This document shows positions 27,401 through 36,353 of a stretch of 64,000 nucleotides of DNA, piece after piece (position 1 is the stretch's first letter; the number at the start of each line of letters is the position of its first letter). This DNA is from Bacteroidales bacterium (lineage in GTDB: Bacteria > Bacteroidota > Bacteroidia > Bacteroidales > WCHB1-69), in the NCBI GenBank assembly GCA_045222555.1, contig JBGUYY010000086.1:46390-110389 (forward strand). Direction: 5' to 3'. The notes under the pieces were generated by a model. It was not told the DNA's origin, did not search any database, and saw only the letters and a list, made by a program, of their open reading frames with translations. The translations under genes and the position numbers were made by a program.

Positions 27401-28407
27401 TCGGAGAAAGCAATTGCGAGAGTTTTGAAAGTGGCCTTCCCGAAGGATTCTCCTATGCCAACTACGCATGGTATTCTACCTCCGATGAGTCAGCAGACGG
27501 AATGTTCAGCCTATGTTCAGGTGATATAACCCACAACGATACCTCCACGGTAATTTGCCAATTTACTGCCCTACGCGAGGGAACCGTTTCGTTCAGTTAT
27601 AAGACCTCCACAGAGAATAACTACGACTGGCTCTATTTCTTCATTGACGGAACGCAGCAGATGCGTTGGTCGGGGGTACACGGCTGGGAGCGCTTTGAAG
27701 CACCGATTTTGGCGGGAGAGCATACGTTAGTGTGGAAATATATCAAGGACTATTCGGTAGATGGAAATGCCGACAAAGTGTGGATTGACGATGTGTGTTT
27801 CCCCTTGGAGAACGATGCCATGCCTGAGTTGCAGATTTCGCCGAATGTAGTGGAAGTGACCGCTGGTGTGGAGCAGATGGATATTCCGTTGCTGTACGAG
27901 TCGGTGACGCCTATTTACCTCCTGTATGAGAACCGCATTGTGAATGAGGACATGCAGCCTATCGGGTGGGCTTCTATTGAGTCGCCGGGCGGCAGCCTCA
28001 ATGCATTGGCCTCCCGCGAGGTGAATCTGAGCCTCCGTCTGGCCGGAATGCCCGACGGTGTGTATCATGCCAACTTGGTGGCCACGGTACAGGAGGGCAA
28101 TACGGTGCAGGTGCCGATTACCGTTGTGGCAGTCAACACCGGCGTTGACGAATATACCGTGTCAGAAGGAACCGTCAAGGTGTACCCCAACCCCACTACT
28201 GGAAGTGTGACCGTGGAGCAGCAAGGTTTTGACGGACAGCGGGTTCAGTGCCAGCTGTTCGATATGTCGGGCCGCCAACTGCGTTGGTTTGAGGAGAATA
28301 ACTCCCAATTTGAGGTTGATTTGGGAGATGTGGCGCAAGGGATGTATTTCTTGCAGATGCGCTGGAACAGCGGCGAAGTGCAGGTGGTGAAAATAGTGAA
28401 AAGATAA
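24499..28407 (+). CDS. multidomain T9SS-secreted papain-fold (peptidase C1-like) protein
   Basis: 1,302 aa with a signal peptide. Papain-like triad context: ECGQASS (Cys84), VNHGQTIVGYDD (His250), CNSFGTGFANEGY (Asn297). It also has a GGNAPY Ig-like unit, a NIDO-like block, a MAM-like block (CESFESG...WIDDVCF) and a type A CTD (VKVYPNPTTGSVTV...VQVVKIVKR). Confidence 0.75.
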   Translation: MKKSLILWLLGILPLCLLGQQVEILNHTYSQVENILTPEDEAMLRACPVLKLDAQQLARPLPSEVDNSLLPYMTPIYSQSALECGQASSIAYTFSYEINCRRGTNNDNFNRRYPTHFAWNFCNGGASAGVSFLDTWEVIRTAGTPNVSDWGGWYSTGGPTRWASGYNLYYKAMQNRIVEFLAIPTDSEEGLLTLKHWIDNHLCGDEHGGLANFYSTHVPNGNEEMLRQIPEGTPHAGMWIVPNFKSNVNHGQTIVGYDDSICWDYNGDGLYTNDRDLNSDGVVDIRDWEVGAVIFCNSFGTGFANEGYCYLPYRKLAELPANGGIWNKCVYVVNVKDQVSPRLTYKVTIDHTCRNKIKLQAGVSTNLNATQPDHTIDWAVFNYQGGEHYMQGDSTDEQRVLELGLDVSRLLEFIEPGQSAKFFLQVIEDDPNGTADGQVVDFALLDYNGSILPVQTVCSDANVPLVNNGTTTLSVVSSINFSRPQMQPNPPVMEAFTDFQYQIPVTGGNAPYRFEFTKEYGIEEFAESMPTATGSNVSLSNTNNGYALVNLPFEFPYYDEKYSQLCIYADGYMSFRYDTYNWPFLKDPEQQIKATQMIAPFRADLVVTSVKKSQSSSEVTIFVQAKINGQSSSNISYAVKLYPDGVIEFYYGSMSYTGNGGLSLLSRGDTRIYQKTPVSEGTAAQFANRCFRFTPPQRVDFLQLSRDGVLSGMSETAFTHLPVPVTCFDINDQRHDTLVYLSCEYGNMLVITDMHVDAGGDEVITAGEEVTLSFTVRNLDTIPYADCFLRFSTPCPYVEMVDDNEYFGYIGGGNAYTLNHAIRFRTAPGTPNMTIADFVVTLSNDHYPMTTVMPFTIYSNWLEVVSYAVLDGGNHRVDANEIDTLHVWFKNAGPETLTDLMFEMRLQEEHIVPLDFRDDFSLLEPGEIRMAEFVFRTDAQYQTLSALDVLIDVYSGLQYSDTRVITLIGESNCESFESGLPEGFSYANYAWYSTSDESADGMFSLCSGDITHNDTSTVICQFTALREGTVSFSYKTSTENNYDWLYFFIDGTQQMRWSGVHGWERFEAPILAGEHTLVWKYIKDYSVDGNADKVWIDDVCFPLENDAMPELQISPNVVEVTAGVEQMDIPLLYESVTPIYLLYENRIVNEDMQPIGWASIESPGGSLNALASREVNLSLRLAGMPDGVYHANLVATVQEGNTVQVPITVVAVNTGVDEYTVSEGTVKVYPNPTTGSVTVEQQGFDGQRVQCQLFDMSGRQLRWFEENNSQFEVDLGDVAQGMYFLQMRWNSGEVQVVKIVKR

Positions 28408-28413
28408 TACTCC

Positions 28414-29835
28414 GTGGTTTTCAGTACCCCCATATTCCTTTTTGTTTTTCTTCCTATATTGTTGATAATCTATTGGTTATCACCATATAAGATAAAGAAT
28501 TGGATTCTGCTGATTGCCAGCTTGCTCTTCTATGCCTGGGGCGAACCGTTCTTTGTGGTGGCCGTGGTGCTGTCGGTGCTGGCCGACTACTTCATCGCCC
28601 GCAAAATGTCGGTGAATGAAGGACAAAAAAGAAAAGGCTGGCTGGCGGCTTCACTGGTGCTGAACATCGGACTACTGCTCTATTTCAAGTATGCTAATTT
28701 CTTTATTGACAATATTCAGGCGCTACATGCTGCCTTAGGGTGGAAACCGCTCAAATGGGTGGAAGTGGCCTTGCCTGTGGGCATCTCCTTCATCACCTTC
28801 CAGAAGATTTCATACATGGTAGATGTCTATCGCCGTACCGTGGAACCACAACGCAATGTGCGCGATCTGATGCTCTACATCCTGATGTTCCCGCAGCTGA
28901 TTGCCGGTCCCATCGTGCGCTACAAGGACATCTCCGAACAGCTCAGCAACCGGAAAGACTCCGACACTTACGAGCGGCGTGTGGTGGGCTTTTCGCGCTT
29001 CATGTTCGGAATGGCCAAAAAAGTGCTGGTGGCCAATGTCCTCGCCGAATATGTGGATGCGGTGTTTGCCGCCTCGCCCGGCGACTTCTCCTCCGGCACC
29101 GCATGGATCGCTATCCTCGCCTACACCTTCCAAATCTATTTCGACTTCTCCGGCTACTCCGACATGGCACTGGGCTTGGGCCTGATGTTGGGCTTCCGTT
29201 TCCCCGAGAATTTCAACTTCCCCTATATTTCGCAGAGCATCACCGAGTTTTGGCGCAGATGGCACATCACCCTCAGCACATGGATCAAAGACTATCTCTA
29301 CATCCCGATGGGCGGAAACCGCGTGAAAGTGCCGCGAATGTACTTCAACCTGGTGTTCGCCTTTTTCATCTCCGGTTTCTGGCACGGCGCCGCCTGGACC
29401 TTCATCGTGTGGGGACTTTACCACGGCTTTTTCCTGATTATGGACAAGATCGGCATGCGCAAAGTATTGGACCGAATCGGACATTTCCCTGCCATGCTGC
29501 TCACCTTTTTCGTGGCTATGGTGGGCTGGATCTTCTTCCGCTCCGACAACCTGACCTACGCGTTCGCCTTTCTACGCCGCATGTTTGCCTTTGACAGCCG
29601 CTGGGATGAATTCTATTGCGACGGCCGCTTCTGGACGGTATTTGCCGTGGCGGTTATCGGCTCATTCTGGGGCTTCTTCCGCAAGGGTGAACAATTCCAG
29701 TATCGTTTCTTTGCCGAGCAGCCTGAAAGGAAATGGTTAGTGGCAGGATTCGCGCTGGCACTGATATTGTATGTGCTGTGCGGCGGCTCGCTGTTAGCCG
29801 GCGGCCTCAATCCATTCATTTACTTTAGGTTCTAA
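28414..29835 (+). CDS. MBOAT-family membrane-bound O-acyltransferase (AlgI/DltB/PatA-like)
   Basis: GTG start 6 nt after the upstream stop. 473 aa, polytopic. Motifs FWRRWHITLSTWIKDYLYIPMGGNR and FFISGFWHGAAW include the conserved MBOAT His. Confidence 0.88.
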   Translation: MVFSTPIFLFVFLPILLIIYWLSPYKIKNWILLIASLLFYAWGEPFFVVAVVLSVLADYFIARKMSVNEGQKRKGWLAASLVLNIGLLLYFKYANFFIDNIQALHAALGWKPLKWVEVALPVGISFITFQKISYMVDVYRRTVEPQRNVRDLMLYILMFPQLIAGPIVRYKDISEQLSNRKDSDTYERRVVGFSRFMFGMAKKVLVANVLAEYVDAVFAASPGDFSSGTAWIAILAYTFQIYFDFSGYSDMALGLGLMLGFRFPENFNFPYISQSITEFWRRWHITLSTWIKDYLYIPMGGNRVKVPRMYFNLVFAFFISGFWHGAAWTFIVWGLYHGFFLIMDKIGMRKVLDRIGHFPAMLLTFFVAMVGWIFFRSDNLTYAFAFLRRMFAFDSRWDEFYCDGRFWTVFAVAVIGSFWGFFRKGEQFQYRFFAEQPERKWLVAGFALALILYVLCGGSLLAGGLNPFIYFRF

Positions 29836-29935
29836 AGGGATCATCTTTCATTAATGCTGCTGCTCACCGGTATGGCATGGCCAAAGGCACACAAATTGGA
29901 TGAATAACTTGATTGCATAATTCGCGACGGGGCAC

Positions 29936-29966
29936 AAAAAAAGCGGAAGATTGCTCTTCCGCTTTT
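29936..29966. terminator. bidirectional Rho-independent terminator
   Basis: 8-bp stem gcggaaga / tcttccgc with loop ttgc. It is flanked by A7 upstream (read as U7 for the minus-strand lipoprotein gene) and T4 downstream (for the MBOAT gene). Confidence 0.75.
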
Positions 29967-29990
29967 GGATAGGTAAACAAAGTTTACAGA

Positions 29991-30305
29991 TTATCTGCTG
30001 CCTTTGCTGTTTTTACCTTTGGTGTTGATTTTGAGCTCAACATTGCCGTCTTTGTCAGCGGTAACGTTAGCGTTCTCGCTCTCAACCTTCACACCTTCGT
30101 TCTGGTTGCCAGAAACCTTCACGCCTTCCTCTTTCTTGGGAGCGGGAGTCTCGACGGTGGTTTCAACGGTAGCTTCCTGAGCGGGTTCGTCAACAGTAGC
30201 TTCTACTTCTTCAGTTACGGGTTCTTCAACTGCTTTGTCTTTAGTGTCGTTGCTGCAAGCGAAGAACAGGCCAGCGGCCAAAACTGCTAAGAATACTTTT
30301 TTCAT
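29991..30305 (-). CDS. small acidic low-complexity lipoprotein
   Basis: 104 aa. Lipobox FFACS. E/T/V-rich with short internal echoes (VEATV/VETTVET, EGVKV twice). Confidence 0.55.
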   Translation of the reverse strand: MKKVFLAVLAAGLFFACSNDTKDKAVEEPVTEEVEATVDEPAQEATVETTVETPAPKKEEGVKVSGNQNEGVKVESENANVTADKDGNVELKINTKGKNSKGSR

Positions 30306-30351
30306 TGTTTAAAAATTTAAGGTTTATAAAAAAGTTTTGGTTGTCCTAAAA

Positions 30352-30858
30352 TTATTTGGCAGGAACATAGGTGAGAATGAAGGTGTAGGTGCCGGGTTTG
30401 GTCTTGGCAGGACCATCGGTCTGAGTGTAAACATACTGAACTTTGAGTTCATCTTTCACGAGGTTCAGAACGGTGCAGCTTTCAACTTCTTCATCATAGA
30501 AGAAAGGAATCTGCATGTCGAGGACATCACCGTCAACATCGAGTGCCCATTTGCCAATAGGCTGCTCCTGGCTGGCCTGATCTTCGCAGAGTTCGGTGCC
30601 GGGGTTCAGATACTCGTAACCATCAGCGTTGAATTTGATGACGTCGTCTTTCTCGCAATCCCAAACATAACCATCGAAAAGATTGGTGATGGTAGCATCG
30701 TTGTCCATTACAAGACCACCGGGGCATTCAGCGACATCAAGAGTCCAACCTTTTTCTCTGGTGAGGAAAGCTTCCTGAGTTTTTTGTTTGTCGCAAGAGG
30801 TAAGACCCAAAATAGCGACCATGGCAATTGCAAAAATGCTTAAAATGCTCTTTTTCAT
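30352..30858 (-). CDS. lipocalin-like domain lipoprotein
   Basis: Start trimmed to MKKSILSIFAIAMVAILGLTSC. It has the GW-x-L...C-x-x-DD-x-x-x-F-x-x-DG...C...G-x-W-x-L pattern of Bacteroidetes lipocalin-like lipoproteins. Confidence 0.55.
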   Translation of the reverse strand: MKKSILSIFAIAMVAILGLTSCDKQKTQEAFLTREKGWTLDVAECPGGLVMDNDATITNLFDGYVWDCEKDDVIKFNADGYEYLNPGTELCEDQASQEQPIGKWALDVDGDVLDMQIPFFYDEEVESCTVLNLVKDELKVQYVYTQTDGPAKTKPGTYTFILTYVPAK

Positions 30859-30897
30859 AGTTTTGAATTTTTGGTTAATAATTAATGTTTTATGGTG

Positions 30898-30905
30898 CAA
30901 AAATA
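30898..30905 (-). promoter_or_regulatory. Bacteroidetes -7 promoter element (TAnnTTTG)
   Basis: TATTTTTG, 39 nt upstream of the trimmed lipocalin-like start (30858). Confidence 0.5.
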
Positions 30906-31076
30906 CTATATTTTTTGATTGTGATGCACGTTTGGTTGAAATTTCTTGTTATTTAACTTTTTTTATATTTTCGAAAAAAACGATGAGATAGACATGAGCA
31001 GCAAAAATGAGTTTAATAAAGGGATGCGATATTAGGTTTTTTTAAGAAATGAAAAATTATAAATAATTGATAATAA

Positions 31077-31952
31077 TTATTTTACAATTTCAGATAATGT
31101 AATTATTCGATAAACAAGGGTGGCAGCCAGCACGTCGGAAACGACATTTTCGGGTTGCGGACAGAGTTCCACCACATCAAAACCAACCACTTTGCAACTG
31201 CGAAATACACGGTCGAGAAGCCTCGTAAGCTCGTACCAGCCGAGTCCACCCGGCTGTGGCGTACCCGTTGCCGGTAGCACCGAGGGATCAAGTCCGTCAA
31301 GATCGATGGTGAGATAGACGTGCGAAGTGAGTCTTTGGCACACCCGTTCCATCCATTCAGCAGGCTGTCCCACTATCTGATGGGCAAAAAAAGTGTTTTC
31401 AGGCACAAGATGATACTTTTCCTCCGCAGCCACTGAACGAATGCCAACCTGTACCACACGGGCACCCATGCATTGGGCCCTACGCATCACGCAAGCATGG
31501 TTGTGAATGGAGTCATGGTAGCTGTCGCGCAGATCAGCATGGGCGTCAATCTGCAGCACAGTGAGATCGGGATAGCGTTCCATCGCCGCCCGGATAGCAC
31601 CCTCCGACACAGAATGCTCACCACCCAATACCCCCACCGTCTTCCCCTGTCCCATCCAGCCATTCACACGCTGATAGACGGCTTCCACCATCTGATCAGG
31701 AGTGCCCAATTCGGTAATGGGGGCATCGGTGTGGATGCCAGCGCCACAGGCTTCGATACCATAGACAGCGTCATAGAGTTCGAGGCTGTCGGAGGCCTCA
31801 ATGATGGCTTGTGGCCCCTTGTCAGCTCCTTTCACAAAAGTGCTGGTACCGTCGTAGGGCACAGGCACAAGCACATAGCGCGCGGTGTCAGCAAAAGTCA
31901 GCTCCTCCTCCATATCAAGAAAGTAGCCGGTTTCTTTGGGGAATTTTATCAT
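31077..31952 (-). CDS. speB: agmatinase (arginase/ureohydrolase family)
   Basis: 291 aa. Mn-binding motifs GGEHSVS, QIDAHADLRD and TIDLDGLDP. Confidence 0.85.
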   Translation of the reverse strand: MIKFPKETGYFLDMEEELTFADTARYVLVPVPYDGTSTFVKGADKGPQAIIEASDSLELYDAVYGIEACGAGIHTDAPITELGTPDQMVEAVYQRVNGWMGQGKTVGVLGGEHSVSEGAIRAAMERYPDLTVLQIDAHADLRDSYHDSIHNHACVMRRAQCMGARVVQVGIRSVAAEEKYHLVPENTFFAHQIVGQPAEWMERVCQRLTSHVYLTIDLDGLDPSVLPATGTPQPGGLGWYELTRLLDRVFRSCKVVGFDVVELCPQPENVVSDVLAATLVYRIITLSEIVK

Positions 31953-31963
31953 AGCAATGGGTT

Positions 31964-33208
31964 TCAGGCTTTGAGATTCTTATCGGAACTACGCTGGAAG
32001 GCGCTAAGGTGGAAATAGGGCAGAATGGCGTAAAAGTGGTCGAAAATATCAGCTTGCAGATCCTCGTAGGCCCGCCATTCGGTGACACGGACAAAGCAGT
32101 ACAGTTCCATAGGCAGACCGTTCTCGTCGGGATCGCGGTGGCGCACCATCAGCAGGGCGGTCTCGTCCACCATGGGATGCTGCTGCAAGTAGGCCACCAT
32201 ATACGCCCTCAAAACACCAAGGTTGGTTTGGAACTCGGCGTTGGGGATGTCGGGGTTGCTGAGGTTGCGTTCACTGTTGATTTGGTCGATAAGGGCCTGC
32301 GTACGATCGATATAGTCGCGCACAAGGTCAATCTTGCGGAACTCATCCAACATTTCGGGCGTGCAGGGACGTATGGAGTTCACATCAAGATGGATAGAGC
32401 GGGTAATGCGTCGAATCTTGCGCTCGCTCATACCACGCCAGTTCTGGATGTCGCTGCCCACCATGGTCTTAATCGGCACGGTCACAATCGAGTTGTCGAA
32501 GTTGCGCACCTTCACCGCGATGAGGTTCACCTCCTCCACAATGCCGTTGGCCTGTCCGTTGGGGTCGGTGATCCAGTCGCCGATGCGCACCATGTCGTTG
32601 GAGGAGAGTTGTATGCTGTTGACGAAGCCCGTGATGGTGTCTTGGAACACGAGGAGCAGAACGGCCGAGAAAGCACCGATACCGGCGATGAGTCCTGCCG
32701 GCGACTTGTTGACGAGGATGCAAGCGATAAGGATGACGGCCAGCACCCACAGCACAATCTTAACCACCTGCTGGTAGCTTTTGATGGGCTTGCGATGGTG
32801 TTTCTCTGCTGCTACACTCTCCAGCACGTCGAGGAAGGAGCAGATGCATCGCACCAGCATGACTAATATATAAATATTGATAATCCCTCTGAAGAAGCCG
32901 CTGCTCATGCTCTCCGGATCGAAGATTTCGCCCGAGAGACGGAAGATAAAGAAGGCGGGCAACAGCATAGAGATGCGAGCGAAGAATTTCTGTTCCAGCA
33001 TGGCCTGCAGCCAGATGTTGGGCTTCCGTTTCAGATGCAGCTTGGCAGAACCGACAAAAAGGAGGCGCATCAACTGATAGACCACCAGCCCGATGAAAAG
33101 GGTGGCAATAAGGATGATAAGCAGGGTGCAAAGTTTACCCAAATTTTCCGGAAAATGGAGTCTTTGGGTGAAGAACTCGTTGAGGAAGAGGCGGATAAAC
33201 TGGAACAT
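31964..33208 (-). CDS. mechanosensitive ion channel (MscS family)
   Basis: 414 aa with N-terminal TM segments. MscS beta-domain block GDWITDPNGQANGIVEEVNLIAVKVRNFDNSIVTVPIKTM. Confidence 0.85.
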   Translation of the reverse strand: MFQFIRLFLNEFFTQRLHFPENLGKLCTLLIILIATLFIGLVVYQLMRLLFVGSAKLHLKRKPNIWLQAMLEQKFFARISMLLPAFFIFRLSGEIFDPESMSSGFFRGIINIYILVMLVRCICSFLDVLESVAAEKHHRKPIKSYQQVVKIVLWVLAVILIACILVNKSPAGLIAGIGAFSAVLLLVFQDTITGFVNSIQLSSNDMVRIGDWITDPNGQANGIVEEVNLIAVKVRNFDNSIVTVPIKTMVGSDIQNWRGMSERKIRRITRSIHLDVNSIRPCTPEMLDEFRKIDLVRDYIDRTQALIDQINSERNLSNPDIPNAEFQTNLGVLRAYMVAYLQQHPMVDETALLMVRHRDPDENGLPMELYCFVRVTEWRAYEDLQADIFDHFYAILPYFHLSAFQRSSDKNLKA

Positions 33209-33229
33209 GGCCTTTGTGAAGGGTTACGG

Positions 33230-34753
33230 CTATTCCTCTTTTTTCTCTTCTCTCCTTTCGGGTTTCATTTGGGGGAAGAGCAACACATCCTGGATGGAAG
33301 GCGAGTTGGTCATGATCATGGCGAGGCGGTCGATGCCGATGCCGAGACCTGCAGTGGGCGGCATACCAAACTCAAGGGCGCGGAGGAAGTCCTCGTCGAG
33401 CACCATCGACTCAGTGTCGCCACGCTTGCCGAGCTCCAACTGAGCCTCGAAGCGTTTGCGCTGGTCGATGGGATCGTTGAGCTCAGAGTAGGCGTTGCAG
33501 AGCTCCTTACCGTTGCAGATGGCCTCGAAGCGCTCGGTCATGCCAGGCTTGGTGCGGTGCATCTTGGTGAGGGGCGACATCTCGACGGGGTAGTCGTAGA
33601 TGAAGGTGGGCTGGATGAGCTTCGACTCGGCGGTCTCGCCGAAAATCTCATCAATAAGCTTGCCTTTTCCCATCGTGCTATCTACGGCCACACCCACGCT
33701 CTTGGCGAAGGCTGCCAGCTCCTCTTCGTTCATATTGGAAACATCCGTGCCGGTAAAATGCTCAATGGCCTCGAACATAGTGTAGCGTTTCCACGGACGT
33801 TTGAAGTCAATAATATTTTCGCCCACCTGAACCTTTGTCGTGCCGTGCAGGGCGATGGCCACAGCTTCCACCATCTCTTCCACCAAATTCATCATCCATT
33901 CATAATCTTTATACGCCACATAGAGTTCCATCTGGGTGAATTCAGGATTGTGGAAGCGGTCCATACCCTCATTGCGGAAGTCCTTCGAGAACTCGTACAC
34001 GCCGTCGAAACCGCCCACGATGAGTTTCTTAAGGTAAAGCTCATCGGCGATACGGAGATAGAGCGTCATATCGAGGGTATTGTGGTGGGTTTTGAAGGGA
34101 CGTGCCGCCGCGCCGCCGTAAAGAGGCTGCAAGATGGGGGTTTCCACTTCCAAATAACCCTTGTCATTCAAGAAATTACGCATGGTGTTCACCAGCTTGG
34201 TGCGCTTGATGAAAGTCTCTTTCACCTGAGGATTCACGATAAGGTCAAGGTAGCGCTGGCGATAGCGTTGTTCAGGATCGGAGAAAGCGTCATAGGTGGT
34301 GCCGTCTTTTTCCTTCACGATGGGAAGGGGACGGATGGATTTGCAGAGCAAAGTGTATTCCTTGACATGGATACTGATGGCGCCGGTCTGCGTGGTGAAC
34401 ACGAAACCTTTCACACCGATGATGTCACCAATGTCAAGTTTCTTGAAAACCGTATTGTACATGGTTTTATCCTCACCCGGACAAATCTCGTCGCGTTTGA
34501 CGTAGATCTGGATTCTGCCGACGGCATCCTGGAGTTCGTAGAAGGAGACGGCGCCCATGATGCGCTGGCTCATGATACGGCCGGCCAGGCTCACGTTCTG
34601 GAAAAGGGAGTTGTCGGTCGGGAATTTCTCAAGGATTTCCGCAGAAGTCGCGTTCACCTCGAAGAGAGGTGCCGGATAAGCATTGATTCCCAACTGGGTA
34701 AAGTCATCTAATTTTTTTCTTCTAATGATTTCTTGCTCTGATAATTCTGCCAT
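33230..34753 (-). CDS. lysS: lysine--tRNA ligase (class II)
   Basis: Start trimmed to [15 protein letters not shown]. Contains an OB anticodon-binding domain, class II motifs FRNEG and [14 protein letters not shown], and a KEE-rich C-terminal tail. Confidence 0.95.
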   Translation of the reverse strand: MAELSEQEIIRRKKLDDFTQLGINAYPAPLFEVNATSAEILEKFPTDNSLFQNVSLAGRIMSQRIMGAVSFYELQDAVGRIQIYVKRDEICPGEDKTMYNTVFKKLDIGDIIGVKGFVFTTQTGAISIHVKEYTLLCKSIRPLPIVKEKDGTTYDAFSDPEQRYRQRYLDLIVNPQVKETFIKRTKLVNTMRNFLNDKGYLEVETPILQPLYGGAAARPFKTHHNTLDMTLYLRIADELYLKKLIVGGFDGVYEFSKDFRNEGMDRFHNPEFTQMELYVAYKDYEWMMNLVEEMVEAVAIALHGTTKVQVGENIIDFKRPWKRYTMFEAIEHFTGTDVSNMNEEELAAFAKSVGVAVDSTMGKGKLIDEIFGETAESKLIQPTFIYDYPVEMSPLTKMHRTKPGMTERFEAICNGKELCNAYSELNDPIDQRKRFEAQLELGKRGDTESMVLDEDFLRALEFGMPPTAGLGIGIDRLAMIMTNSPSIQDVLLFPQMKPERREEKKEE

Positions 34754-34780
34754 GTTATGATGGGTCTTAAAATTCGGGTG

Positions 34781-34788
34781 CAAAAATA
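34781..34788 (-). promoter_or_regulatory. Bacteroidetes -7 promoter element (TAnnTTTG)
   Basis: TATTTTTG, 27 nt upstream of the trimmed lysS start (34753). Confidence 0.55.
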
Positions 34789-34802
34789 CGATTTTTTTGA
34801 GT

Positions 34803-34831
34803 AAAAAAAAAGCCTGCACTTTCATGCAGGC
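34803..34831 (-). terminator. Rho-independent terminator after CARDB-like paralog 1
   Basis: 7-bp stem gcctgca / tgcaggc with a 6-nt loop. The A9 on the plus strand is a U9 tail on the minus-strand transcript. Confidence 0.8.
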
Positions 34832-34855
34832 CTTTGGTATCAGAAAACTCAGCGA

Positions 34856-35557
34856 TTAGCGAACAACGCTGACTTTCTTGGTGGTGACATTCTGACCGTC
34901 AACGATACGCACGATGTACATGCCCTTGGCGAGAACAGAAGCGTCGATAGCCTGATTAGCGGAAGCGCTCTCAACATTGCTGACCATGCGGCCGTTCATG
35001 TCGAATACGCTGACCTGTGAACCTTCTGCATTGGCAACATAGATAACATCGGTAGCGGGGTTCGGGTAAACATTGATTTCGCCAGCAACGATGTTCTCAA
35101 TGCCAGTGCCACGATTGATGGTAAGGCAAGCCTGATTGTTGGAAGCATCAGGATCGGTGGCAGCGCCAACGATACGAACATTGTAGCAAAGTTCGAAAGT
35201 GCCTTCAATGCCTTCCAAATCTGCAGCAGTGAACAGAGGCTGCTGACCAGACAGGATGGTACCATTACCTGCGGTCACGTTAGCCAGCTGAGCACCCATA
35301 AGGTACATAGCGCCCAAATTCTGACCTTCGAGGATGATATCCAAGTAAACAGTGTCAGTTCCAGCAGGCACATCCGGTCCGTTGTTGACGAGGACTGCAT
35401 TGGGGTTGAGGTCATCGTTCAAACCGAGGTTGAGCTCTGTGATGAAGTTCTGGTCGGTAGAATTGTCAACAAAGCCCATCATATAATAATCAACACTCTG
35501 GGCGTTCATTGCCACAACAGCAAACATGGCTGCGAAAAGGGTAAAAAGTTTTTTCAT
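34856..35557 (-). CDS. CARDB-like secreted protein with T9SS type A CTD (paralog 1)
   Basis: 233 aa with a signal peptide ending AQS. Motifs NNGPDVPAG...VRIVGAATDPDASNNQAC. CTD INVYPNPATDVIYV...GMYIVRIV...KKVSVVR. Confidence 0.7.
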   Translation of the reverse strand: MKKLFTLFAAMFAVVAMNAQSVDYYMMGFVDNSTDQNFITELNLGLNDDLNPNAVLVNNGPDVPAGTDTVYLDIILEGQNLGAMYLMGAQLANVTAGNGTILSGQQPLFTAADLEGIEGTFELCYNVRIVGAATDPDASNNQACLTINRGTGIENIVAGEINVYPNPATDVIYVANAEGSQVSVFDMNGRMVSNVESASANQAIDASVLAKGMYIVRIVDGQNVTTKKVSVVR

Positions 35558-35600
35558 AATGTTTTGTTTTGGTTAATAATAAATTGATTTTTTTGAATTG

Positions 35601-35608
35601 CAAAAATA
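35601..35608 (-). promoter_or_regulatory. Bacteroidetes -7 promoter element (TAnnTTTG)
   Basis: TATTTTTG, 43 nt upstream of CARDB-like paralog 1. Confidence 0.5.
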
Positions 35609-35654
35609 CATGATTATTCAGAAAATTGTTCTAAATAAAACTAAAAAAATCATT

Positions 35655-36350
35655 TTATTCAGTAATGATGATTTTTTGCACCTTTTCCGAAGTACCATTG
35701 GTCATTTTTACGAAATACAACCCTGCAGACCAGCCTGATAGGTCGGCTGACATAATATTCTCTGACACATGGGCATGCCAAAGTTTTTTCCCCGACAAGT
35801 CAAATACCTCCACTTTCGTGCCGACGGGCGCCTTGACTTGCAGCACATCATGCGCCGGATTAGGCCATACGCTAAAGTTGTCCTCCGCATATTCTGGCAC
35901 CGGCAGCGGCCGGTTCACCTGCACGCAGGCGCGATTGTTGTCTGCCACCGGATCGCTGGCACTCCCCACTATCCGCACCTCAATGCAAAGCTGAAAGGCC
36001 GTAATCGTGTTCTGGTCCATCGTTTCGGCAGTCATCAGCGGCTGCGGCAGCGACACCGTGGCTTCCTGTCCGGGTGTCAGACTCTGCAACTGACTTCCCC
36101 TCAAGAAGAAATAGGTGGCATAACTTCCATTATAATAGATGTCAAAATAAACGCTGTCGCTCGTCGCCGGCACATCTGTCCCATTGTTTTTCAACCGAAT
36201 CGAAGGAGTAAAGTCCTCACTGGAAGACAGCAACAACTCCTCCACTAAATTCTCCTGGTCATCCAGAAACCCTAACAACTCGTAGTCCACCGACTGCGCT
36301 TGCGAAGCCACTCCAGCCATCATCAACAAAAAGAATACTACCTTTTTCAT
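35655..36350 (-). CDS. CARDB-like secreted protein with T9SS type A CTD (paralog 2)
   Basis: 231 aa. It aligns end to end with 34856..35557 (AQSVDY, NNGTDVPA, VRIVGSASDPVADNNRAC, WPNPAHDVLQV, VFDLSGK). Confidence 0.7.
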   Translation of the reverse strand: MKKVVFFLLMMAGVASQAQSVDYELLGFLDDQENLVEELLLSSSEDFTPSIRLKNNGTDVPATSDSVYFDIYYNGSYATYFFLRGSQLQSLTPGQEATVSLPQPLMTAETMDQNTITAFQLCIEVRIVGSASDPVADNNRACVQVNRPLPVPEYAEDNFSVWPNPAHDVLQVKAPVGTKVEVFDLSGKKLWHAHVSENIMSADLSGWSAGLYFVKMTNGTSEKVQKIIITE

Positions 36351-36353
36351 TTT

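Noticed and set aside
29858-29911. A 17-codon ORF (MLLLTGMAWPKAHKLDE) just after the MBOAT gene, considered as a remnant of the missing AlgJ/DltD/DHHW-type partner.
   Set aside because: It is too short and has no TM segment or recognisable motif. No longer frame can be rebuilt across the 155-bp spacer, so a pseudogene cannot be supported from the sequence alone.
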